DNA of 50,004 bases from Deltaproteobacteria bacterium (lineage in GTDB: Bacteria; CG2-30-53-67): assembly GCA_013151235.1 (NCBI GenBank), contig JAADIO010000040.1, positions 1 to 50,004 on the forward strand. The letters are read 5' to 3'. The position numbers and the translations under genes are program-made. The notes beneath the pieces were generated by a model, which worked only from the letters and a program-made list of their open reading frames with translations, made no database searches and was not told the DNA's origin. Of the stretch, positions 21,501 through 27,960 are shown one piece after another; positions within the stretch are counted from its first letter, which is position 1; each line of letters starts with the position of its first letter.

Positions 21501-22897
21501 TCAACGCCGACCCCGGCTACCGGGACGCTGCGGTCAACCTTGATCGGTGCGCCGCCCCTGCCGGAACGGAAGCGGCCGAGATACCGAAGCTCTCCGTCTG
21601 CATGATGGTGAAAAATGAAGAAGAGAAGCTCCCTCGTTGTCTCGATTCGATCCGGGGATATGTGGATGAACTGGTCATCGTCGACACCGGCTCCACGGAC
21701 AGAACGGTGGAGATCGCCCGACGCTACACGGACAAGATCTACTTCCATCCCTGGGAGGGAGATTTTTCGAAGGCACGAAACCAAGCCCTTCAATATGCCG
21801 CCGGGGACTGGATCCTTCAGCTCGATGCCGATGAAGTGGTCGATGCCGCCGATGCTCCACGTCTGAAAACCGTAATTCAGGAGGTTCCGGAAGAGATCAC
21901 GCACCAGGATGTGGAAATTCTCAACTACGACAGCGAAGGGATCGTCAACGCGACCATTCATTATCCCCGCCTCTTCCGGAACGGCATGGGCTTTCACTAC
22001 GAAGGAATCGTCCACAACCAGATCCGGATTGAGGGCCGGAGAATCTCCTCAGGAATCCGGATCCACCACTACGGCTATGCCCTTTCTCCCGGGAAGATGG
22101 AGGCAAAGCGGGACCGGACGATCGAGTTGCTGCAAAAGCAGATCGCCGCCGACCCCGAAAATCCCTGGCCCCACCATAATCTTTGTCTCTCCTTTTCCAT
22201 GGCGAAGATGAATGCGAAAGCGGTCGAGGCCGGAGAAGAGGCGTATCGGCTGGCCCGACAGCAAGGAATCTTTCCGCCCTGGCTCTATTATGGACGCTAC
22301 GTGGTCGCCGCCACACTCTGTGCCGATGGGGACTACGACCGGGCCATCGCGGTTGCACGGGAGTGCATGGAACAAAACCCGGAGCATCTCGACTCCTGTT
22401 ATTTGATCATGCTCGCAGCCTACCAGATCGACGATTTTCCAACCGTCCGGGAGATGGGAGACCGCTATCTCAGGCTTCTGGAAAAATATTCCAGAGAGGG
22501 AATCCCCGCCGACGTTCCTCTTGGAACCCTCGAGTTCAAACCCAGGGCTCTAAAGATGCTCGGTCATGCCTCTTTTGCCCTGGGAGAAAAAGAAAGAGCC
22601 GCCCGGCTGTTTCAGGACTACCTTCAAGAAGATATGAAGAACCCCATCCGTTATCGGGAGATCGGGCTCTTCTACCACGGACAGGGCGAAACGGAAACCG
22701 CCCGGGGCCACTATGAGAAGCATCTCACCCTCGACCCGGAAGACACGTATATTCTGAAAGCCGTTGCCGATTGTCTCACCCGGGAAGGAGATGGCAACAA
22801 CGCTTCAGCATACTACCAAAAGGCACTGGACCTTGACCCGTCGGACAAGGAGGCTGAATACCTTCTGGAACAGATCCGGACACCGGCAGGCATGTAA
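15581..22897 (+). CDS. giant glycosyltransferase: 2x GT4 + 4x GT2 with interspersed TPR arrays (2438 aa)
   Basis: Two GGSE...ETSCI..EAQAAG modules; four S(L/V)xxxVKNxE..VDTGS.D..DFS.ARN..LDADE-type modules; TPR-like helices between them. Confidence 0.88.
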   Translation: MSAIIFYTHSTPFHPGTILTRGLGGSESALIHMARELARIGHSIHVFCNCDAPGTYDKVIYQNISELPAFFQLSRPDLFVSLRIPQVLAEPIPAQLKWLWAEDSFDQPHIQCLMDPSLVRKIDRVVTVSRWQAETYRRHFRINDEKFYISRNGFHSPFYEGPCTDERPPRLVYSSTPFRGLDVLLNLFPEIRNAVPDAELYIYSSMAVYGVNREEDEKEYGELYRKAEQPGVRLIGTVPQDRLAKELMQSALLAYPNHFAETSCIAAIEAQAAGVPVVTTALGGLNETVRQGETGILIPGDSRTEKYGKQFIGEIVSFLQDREKWRTFSQRARRRAFSEYRWEVIAKEWSHELDRELSAHKAKQAGIGNIGGSKDSISACRNEIARHPDHPEPYHRLGLLYRKAGEPEKALAAFREAISHYVLYDDAYENYRATAEELGITLQRDNLDIVFYTVGNFTPADLGVRAVGGSETALMSMARELARLGRGVIVYNGTQEVSVHEGVEYRNLADFFLLNRWNRIPVFISSRVPMPFRAGVNAERKIFWVHDDCQAEYIRKENLGDLPADEILTVSRWQAETYAEHFRVPRHRFTISRNGIDLFLFPTGEYPRDRNRLLYISRPDRGLSILLDLFPKIREQAPEAELHIFTYTQAQDLESDPEMQPILPKLDQPGVVLRGCVPKEALYNELKKARLLLYPSIWRETSCIAVLEAQAAGLPIVTTPLAALPESVAGGVFVPGNPNSTFYRDRFVEETLRLMRDDTSWRELSERGRAFIRRHHTWAKIASEWDTYLRCSTTRPLLSLCMIVKNEEEVLGRCLKSVAEVVDEIVIVDTGSEDNTCDIAASFGARIIRHNWKDDFSEARNLSLDYARGKWILVLDADEIIAPGDLEKIIETIQNPEVSACSMIQRSYTDDATLLHWKKNDGRYDESRKFSGYIESELIRLFRRRPEIRFRDRIHELVEPSIAEAGLPVERLAIPIHHFGKVRDDDRGIIKGALYRELGEIKMKERPDDPRAAFELAAQMISLKEFAKAIPLLEELVRLKPDSAKPYLLLGTALMELGRNKEAQKRCEEACRIEPESADCTYNLGVVHQRLEQHTKAIDLFRKAIHLQSGHFLAYWSLGFSELITGDSGNAEGHLKESISINPRFASSRNDLAVLYARTGRMELACRELETILDFEPGNEQARQNLEIARAGLHESTGPAIRQNGKISLAVIVKNGEQGLPRCLDSVKDFLDEIVIVDTGSEDKTVEIARRYTDRVYLHPWSDDFSEARNVSINHASSEWILVLDADEWFRPEEAGKLREIVSRAESTITHFYLDRWNLGADGQTGTVMSLPRLFRNHLAGRFEGRIHEQLVIGGKGIHCGLHFLHDGYGRGDDREREKYLRNCRMIEREINADPENPFHYHNLCLSLKALGEEEKAIDAGHRAVDLARAQGVRPRYLVQTCYAAATHHYLKGEMEAARTFAESARTFAPDHPDGWYLLTLIAADQGPWDECIRTGKQFLTVVEKRKDGAVIEPVPVYTQERAHNVMAMIGGAFYRLGNPAEGDAWLIRAIESGRKDLDFIRSIEIFYDAIGETEKAGVIRDGITPPKNEGKNRQKSPNLSLCMIVKNEEEMLAGCLESVQGLVDEIIIIDTGSTDKTVEIARRYTEKIFSHPWADDFSKARNVSIHHATGEWILVLDADEKISAKDHAKIREALNTPGAMAFDLIQRNYTHDRDAFGWRQNRGAYEEEGAFPGHFDVSLTRLFRRNPKIRFVHRVHERVEESLDAASIPHPLLSVPIHHFGKTRGNEFLHRKLEYYLHLAREKQKEDPADSRAGYEIGGTLVELGRTEEALPYLERACRIDPDFREARILLGITLYQLESYERAEQVFASLPPGQEDLPLLRLRGIVSLRLQKGDAAERAFRSALRHDPKNESCRIGLAQAEVLQGKLEDAVTTLEIALRDHPNSPQALNDRGCLALVKGNRQEAERFFRNALNADPGYRDAAVNLDRCAAPAGTEAAEIPKLSVCMMVKNEEEKLPRCLDSIRGYVDELVIVDTGSTDRTVEIARRYTDKIYFHPWEGDFSKARNQALQYAAGDWILQLDADEVVDAADAPRLKTVIQEVPEEITHQDVEILNYDSEGIVNATIHYPRLFRNGMGFHYEGIVHNQIRIEGRRISSGIRIHHYGYALSPGKMEAKRDRTIELLQKQIAADPENPWPHHNLCLSFSMAKMNAKAVEAGEEAYRLARQQGIFPPWLYYGRYVVAATLCADGDYDRAIAVARECMEQNPEHLDSCYLIMLAAYQIDDFPTVREMGDRYLRLLEKYSREGIPADVPLGTLEFKPRALKMLGHASFALGEKERAARLFQDYLQEDMKNPIRYREIGLFYHGQGETETARGHYEKHLTLDPEDTYILKAVADCLTREGDGNNASAYYQKALDLDPSDKEAEYLLEQIRTPAGM

Positions 22898-22968
22898 AAC
22901 AATAAACCGATCCCTTCCCCTTCAGACAACAGGGAATAAGGGAGTCCCGGCCTGAATCGTTTTCCTTC

Positions 22969-25869
22969 ATGGATAAAAAATATAAGGAAACCATGCGTTC
23001 TCCGTTGCTCAGCACCTGCATGATCGTCCGAGATGAAGAAGATTGCCTCGAACGGTGCCTTGCATCCATCCGACCGTTTACCGATGAACTGATCCTCGTC
23101 GACACCGGTTCAACCGATGGAACCGTTACCATTGCCGAAAGATACGCGGACCGGCTGATTCACCACCCGTGGGAAGATGATTTTTCCGCCGCACGGAACC
23201 GCTCGATCGAAAGGGCGGCGGGTGACTGGATCTTTTACCTCGACGCCGACGAAGAACTTTTTTTCAACGACGGACCGAAACTCCGAAAAATGCTCTCGGA
23301 AATCCGGAAGAATGTGGATCATCTTCTCCTGAGTATCCGCAACCTGGACGGTGCCGGCGGAATTCTTTCCGAATTTCCGGCCCTGCGGATTTTTCGGAAC
23401 GGCCGCGGGATCCATTTCTCCGGTATCGTCCATAACCAGGTGATCTGCAACGGAGAAGGAAGAACATTCCCGGTTACACTCCTCCACTACGGGTATGCAC
23501 TCTCCCCGAAGAAAATGGAGGCAAAGTTTCAACGAACCCTTTCCCTCACAAAAAAACAGATTCGGCAGGAACCGTCAAGCCCTCTTCCGCTCCACAACCT
23601 CACACTCTCTCTGCTGAATCACGGAGACCATGCCGAGGCGCTGGAAAGCGGCCTGCAGGGACTTCGACTCTTTGAACAGCTCTCCGCTCCCTACCCGCCC
23701 CTATTTTCGAACCTGATTTACCTGACCGCACGGGCCGCCCTCGCCGACGGCAGGTACGACTTGGCTGCATCTGTTTGCATGGAGGGATTGAAGAGCCGTC
23801 CGGATCATCTCGACCTCTTTTGGGTTCTGGCCATGTCTTCTTATTACGAGAAGCAATACCGGGAAACCCTGGAGTGGAGCAAAAAATTCCGGCAAGCCGT
23901 CAGGGCCTACCGGGAACACCGTTGCAGCGAGCTCCCGGTCAACACCATCGGCCGGATCGCACCGCTTCTGATCACGGCCGGATATGCCGCAGCGCACCTG
24001 GGCTGCGAACCGGAGGCACAGCGTTTCATGGAAGAAGGGCTTGCCGAAGGGAAATGGGATCCGGAACTCGGTATCAAGATTCTCAACTTCTGCAACATAC
24101 ATCAAAAAAGAGAACTCGGGGAGACGATCCTGCAGCAACTTCTACACCGGCATCCCGACCACGCGGAACTGCATCGATTCCGTGCCGTATTCTCCTTGTC
24201 TGACGAAACGGTCAGCACTCCCTCGATTGCATCCTCCCCCTCGCCTCCTCAAAAAGTCCTGATTATCAACCTCTGCGAGTTGGGAGACCTGATCCAGGCG
24301 ACACCGGTGATTGAAGAGATTACCTTCCGGGGAGGGGCCGTTACACTCCTTGTCCGGGAGGACCTCACGGAAACCGCCCTGCATCTGCCCCAAGTATCAC
24401 GAATCGTCACATTCGATACAAGTACCTGGATCGGAGGAGGCAGGACGGCGTTTGTTCCCGAAAATGAGATCCGTGACCAGATCGGCGGACTTCTGGATGA
24501 GCCTTTTGATCTGATCCTCAATATGACGTACACCCGGCTCGGGGCACGGATCGCGCGGATGAGCCGAGGAAAGCAAAAAAAAGGGATGGTTCAGGCGGAA
24601 GGAAACCGGATCCGGATCCGGGGGGCTTCGATCCGCTATCTCAGACAGATGCTCGCTCATCGGAAGTTAAACACCCTTCATGTCGTCGACCTTCACCGGC
24701 TGATCCTCCGGCACCCCCTGCAAAGAAGAGAACTCTCCTTTCAGGTCTCCGAAGAAGAGTGGACGGAGGCCATGGAGATTCTCCAGGCTGCCGGCATCAC
24801 ACCGGAGACACCGCTCATCGGGATTCAGATCGGTGCAAGGGAGGTCCGGAAACAATGGCCGGCGGAATCCTTCACCCGGCTCGCAGAAATGATCTCGGCA
24901 GAGCAGAAGGAAAAAGTCCTCCTCTTCGGTGTCTCTTCGGAGACCCCTCTCGCAGAGAGGATCAAGGCAATCGCACCAGGCCGGATCGTCAACCTCGCCG
25001 GAAAGACGCGGATCGGCCATCTCGCAGCTCTCCTCTCCCGATGCCGTCTCCTCATCAGCAACGATACCGGTACCTCCCATCTGGCAGCGGCCGTCGGAAC
25101 CAGGGTCCTCTCTCTGCATATGGGGCATGTCTGGTTCCGGGAGACTTCTCCCTACGGCGAAGGACATGCGGCCATGCAGGCAGACTGTCCGTGCGCTCCC
25201 TGTAGCTTGAGAACACCTTGTTCCGACATGCGCTGCCGGAGAATCCTGACACCCTCGGCCGTCCACCATACCCTCCGGTACATACTCAACAGGACACCGA
25301 TACCGGACGATGATACGTTTCGGAATATCAAGGTGCATGAATCGTATTTCGGCGACGGCAATTTCCTGAGCCACCGTCCATTGCTCCACCGTTCGGAAAC
25401 ACTTGAAGACCGTTTTCGAGAGATCTACGACCAATTCTGGAAAAAAAGGTTGAATGGATTGCCGCAAGGTACAAAGGTATTTCCGGCCTCTTCCGGAATC
25501 CCCGGAAGGGAGAAAATGGACCGCTTGATTGCGGATCTGACAATGCTCAAAGGGTGGATGGAAGAGGCACGGAGCCTGGCCTCAACTCTCTTCATCCAAT
25601 CCCGTGAAGGAAAAGGGATTGTCCAGGGGGCACGCCGCTTCAAGGAACTTCATACGGCAATTCTTGAACAGGGCCGCCGAACCCCGCTCCTTCGGCCATT
25701 GACGGAATTCTACAATACCGGTCAGCAGCAAATCGAGGCAAGGGACTTCCCTTCGGTCATGCAAGCCTTTGCCACAGTGCTGGATAGTGGATGTAACCTT
25801 TTGAAAGAACTGGAAGAAATATTCTCGGTGTACCGATTTGCAGATCCCGTAAGCAAATCACCCGAATGA
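22969..25869 (+). CDS. GT2 + TPR + GT9 fusion glycosyltransferase with helical C-terminal tail (966 aa)
   Basis: LSTCMIVRDEE..DTGSTD..LDADE; ELGDLIQATP..KQWP..SNDTGTSHLAAAVG..ETSPYG. Confidence 0.85.
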   Translation: MDKKYKETMRSPLLSTCMIVRDEEDCLERCLASIRPFTDELILVDTGSTDGTVTIAERYADRLIHHPWEDDFSAARNRSIERAAGDWIFYLDADEELFFNDGPKLRKMLSEIRKNVDHLLLSIRNLDGAGGILSEFPALRIFRNGRGIHFSGIVHNQVICNGEGRTFPVTLLHYGYALSPKKMEAKFQRTLSLTKKQIRQEPSSPLPLHNLTLSLLNHGDHAEALESGLQGLRLFEQLSAPYPPLFSNLIYLTARAALADGRYDLAASVCMEGLKSRPDHLDLFWVLAMSSYYEKQYRETLEWSKKFRQAVRAYREHRCSELPVNTIGRIAPLLITAGYAAAHLGCEPEAQRFMEEGLAEGKWDPELGIKILNFCNIHQKRELGETILQQLLHRHPDHAELHRFRAVFSLSDETVSTPSIASSPSPPQKVLIINLCELGDLIQATPVIEEITFRGGAVTLLVREDLTETALHLPQVSRIVTFDTSTWIGGGRTAFVPENEIRDQIGGLLDEPFDLILNMTYTRLGARIARMSRGKQKKGMVQAEGNRIRIRGASIRYLRQMLAHRKLNTLHVVDLHRLILRHPLQRRELSFQVSEEEWTEAMEILQAAGITPETPLIGIQIGAREVRKQWPAESFTRLAEMISAEQKEKVLLFGVSSETPLAERIKAIAPGRIVNLAGKTRIGHLAALLSRCRLLISNDTGTSHLAAAVGTRVLSLHMGHVWFRETSPYGEGHAAMQADCPCAPCSLRTPCSDMRCRRILTPSAVHHTLRYILNRTPIPDDDTFRNIKVHESYFGDGNFLSHRPLLHRSETLEDRFREIYDQFWKKRLNGLPQGTKVFPASSGIPGREKMDRLIADLTMLKGWMEEARSLASTLFIQSREGKGIVQGARRFKELHTAILEQGRRTPLLRPLTEFYNTGQQQIEARDFPSVMQAFATVLDSGCNLLKELEEIFSVYRFADPVSKSPE

Positions 25870-25941
25870 ACGATAGCACGCATCAAGAGAACCCGGTTTC
25901 CCTGAAAACAAGCCGGTTTCAGGAATAGATTGAAAAGAATC

Positions 25942-25969
25942 TAAAGTCTTCCCCCTCACCTGCCGATAG
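25942..25969 (+). promoter_or_regulatory. sigma28 (FliA) promoter of fliC
   Basis: TAAAG-15 nt-GCCGATAG, about 215 nt upstream of fliC. Confidence 0.8.
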
Positions 25970-26045
25970 GTTCAGCAGATGGAAAGCAATCACTCCGACG
26001 CTGTATGAGTGATGAAATCTTCTGGACGAAGGAGGTGAGAAGACA

Positions 26046-26087
26046 GTGAAATGGGAGTCGGTCCCCCCCCTGACGTTCCCGGGGTAA
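26046..26087 (+). CDS. putative 13-aa leader peptide MKWESVPPLTFPG in the fliC 5' UTR
   Basis: Ideal SD AAGGAGGTGA at 26029-38, 7 nt spacer, GTG start, TAA at 26085-87. Confidence 0.4.
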   Translation: MKWESVPPLTFPG

Positions 26088-26107
26088 ATCAGGAGCCGCC
26101 ACAAGAC

Positions 26108-26181
26108 CGGCAGGGATGCCGAAAAAACAATTTCTCAAGGGAGGCCCCCTTTGAGAAATCCCCATTTTCCAAGGAGGAAAA
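26108..26181 (+). promoter_or_regulatory. CsrA/RsmA-type GGA-loop hairpins in the fliC leader
   Basis: CGGCA-GGGA-TGCCG 26108-21; ATTTCTCAA..GGGAGG..TTGAGAAAT 26130-59; TTTTCC-AAGGA-GGAAAA over the SD 26165-81. Confidence 0.65.
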
Positions 26182-26184
26182 ATC

Positions 26185-27315
26185 ATGGGACTGAGAATTC
26201 AGAATAATATTGCAGCATTAAATGCACACCGCCACTTGACGATTACGGACAATGCTCTGTCCAAGTCGCTGGAACGTCTCTCCTCCGGTTATCGGATCAA
26301 CCGGGCCGCAGACGACGCCGCAGGCCTCGCCGTGTCGGAAGGACTGCGTGCCGACATCAAGAGTTACCAGGTAGCCTCCCGGAATACGTCGGAGGCGAAT
26401 TCCCTCCTGCAGGTCGCTGAAGGGGCGCTGGACCAGATCGGGAACATGCTGACCCGCCTGAAGGAACTGGCCACACAGGCGGCTTCGGACAACACGAGTT
26501 CCTCCAACCGGGACAAGCTGAATTCCGAAGCCACCCAGTTGAAGAACGAAATCGACCGGATCGCGGATTCCACCAATTATGCCGGCACCAAGCTGATCGA
26601 CGGCTCCTTTAACGGCGCCTCCACCCTGAGTACGAATGATGCCGGTTCCATCGCCGCCATCGCCAATGTTTACGATATGTCCGTTTCAGACGCCTCAGCG
26701 GGAACTTACACCATCACGGCTTCCGGCTCCAACCTGACCCTCACCAGTGGAGGCATCTCCCAGACCGTGACAATAACCACGGCCGGAACAGCGAATTTTT
26801 CGACCTTCGACATCTCCTTCAAAACCACGTCGGCGGCAAGTACGACGGCAATCGCCGCCGCTTTCACCGCCATGGGCACCATGACCATCTCTGCCGGATC
26901 CGGATCGACCTTCCAGGTCGGCGCCGGCAACACTTCCCAGGATAGGATCACATTCTCCATCGGTGACGCCAATACGGCAGTTCTGGGAAGTGCCTCGTCA
27001 AGTTACCTGACCGATGTCGACCTGACGACGGGAAGTGACTCCCAGGTGGCCATCAACATCATTGATCAGGCGATTGATGACGTTGCCGGAATCCGCGGCG
27101 ACATCGGTGCCGTCCAGAACCGGCTCGGCTACGCCTCAGCCAACCTGGCAACCACGATCGAGAACGTCACGGCGGCCGATTCGGTCATCCGGGATGCCGA
27201 CATGGCATCAGAGATGACGACCTTTACCAAGAACCAGATCCTGCTTCAGGCCGGGACCTCAATGCTGGCCCAGGCCAACGCCGCACCGCAGGTCATCCTC
27301 TCGCTGCTGAAATAA
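26185..27315 (+). CDS. fliC: flagellin
   Basis: LERLSSGYRINRAADDAAGLA, FQVGA, IGAVQNRL, SVIRDADMASEM, QAGTSMLAQAN. Ser/Thr-rich variable region. Confidence 0.97.
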   Translation: MGLRIQNNIAALNAHRHLTITDNALSKSLERLSSGYRINRAADDAAGLAVSEGLRADIKSYQVASRNTSEANSLLQVAEGALDQIGNMLTRLKELATQAASDNTSSSNRDKLNSEATQLKNEIDRIADSTNYAGTKLIDGSFNGASTLSTNDAGSIAAIANVYDMSVSDASAGTYTITASGSNLTLTSGGISQTVTITTAGTANFSTFDISFKTTSAASTTAIAAAFTAMGTMTISAGSGSTFQVGAGNTSQDRITFSIGDANTAVLGSASSSYLTDVDLTTGSDSQVAINIIDQAIDDVAGIRGDIGAVQNRLGYASANLATTIENVTAADSVIRDADMASEMTTFTKNQILLQAGTSMLAQANAAPQVILSLLK

Positions 27316-27337
27316 TGCAGCCACAGAGGTGAACGAT

Positions 27338-27379
27338 CAGGGGCACTGACGGGAAGATCCCTTCCCGTCAGTGCCCCTG
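27338..27379 (+). terminator. 19-bp perfect hairpin after fliC (no U-tract; attenuator or mRNA stabiliser)
   Basis: CAGGGGCACTGACGGGAAG-ATCC-CTTCCCGTCAGTGCCCCTG. Confidence 0.7.
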
Positions 27380-27392
27380 CGGGAGAAAGATC

Positions 27393-27806
27393 ATGAACCT
27401 GATTGAACTCTCATCAGCGGTCATGGGATCTCCGCCGGAAAAGAGTACAACCGGAAGGACCGCCGATCGCCCGGCACCCCGGACAGCTTCGACTCAAAAC
27501 ATAATGGAGATTCCCTCCATAACACAGTCAGAGGTACAAAAGAAGGATTCAGAACAACCGGCAACAAAGGCTCTGACCGCTGCACAGATACAGAAAATAG
27601 AGGAAACCGCAAAGGACATCCAGAAGTTCCTGGATGCCAACGGCCGGGAATTAAACTTCTACGTCAACCATAAAAACGGTCAGGTGGTCATCGAAGTCCA
27701 CCGGAAGTCGGACGGAAAGCTGATCCGGAAAATCCCGCCGGAGGATCTTCTGAAACCGCAGAATGGTCCGAGCATGTCGGGACTTCTGCTGGAAGAAGAC
27801 GTATAG
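27393..27806 (+). CDS. flaG: flagellar protein FlaG
   Basis: RELNFYV....QVVIEV....GKLIRKIPPEDLL...GLL; located between fliC and fliD. Confidence 0.88.
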   Translation: MNLIELSSAVMGSPPEKSTTGRTADRPAPRTASTQNIMEIPSITQSEVQKKDSEQPATKALTAAQIQKIEETAKDIQKFLDANGRELNFYVNHKNGQVVIEVHRKSDGKLIRKIPPEDLLKPQNGPSMSGLLLEEDV

Positions 27807-27845
27807 GATAAACAGGCAAGCCGGATGGACACCTCCGGTTTCAAG

Positions 27846-27878
27846 TCCCCCTTTGGCAAGGGGGGATTCAGGGGGATT
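27846..27878. repeat. small dispersed palindromic repeat (CCCCCTT-N-AAGGGGG type)
   Basis: TCCCCCTTTGGCAAGGGGGGA hairpin followed by TTCAGGGGGATT. Confidence 0.55.
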
Positions 27879-27960
27879 TCAGAGCGTGCCGGCCATCCCC
27901 CGCACTCCCCTTGCATAAAAAGGGATACACAAGGTTTGGGAATTTTCGACAAGGAAAGCT

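Noticed and set aside
24575-24582. A8 tract in the third GT gene as a phase-variation site
   Set aside because: Short poly-A encoding QKK is common by chance.
15581-25869. SunS-like GT2-TPR domains as a glycocin biosynthetic cluster
   Set aside because: No Cys-rich precursor, peptidase-ABC exporter or immunity gene; flagellin adjacency explains them better.
25870-26184. c-di-GMP riboswitch upstream of fliC
   Set aside because: I could not find the GEMM-I (GCAAA..GAAA..GACGCAAAGC) or class II consensus by eye. An Infernal/Rfam scan would be decisive.
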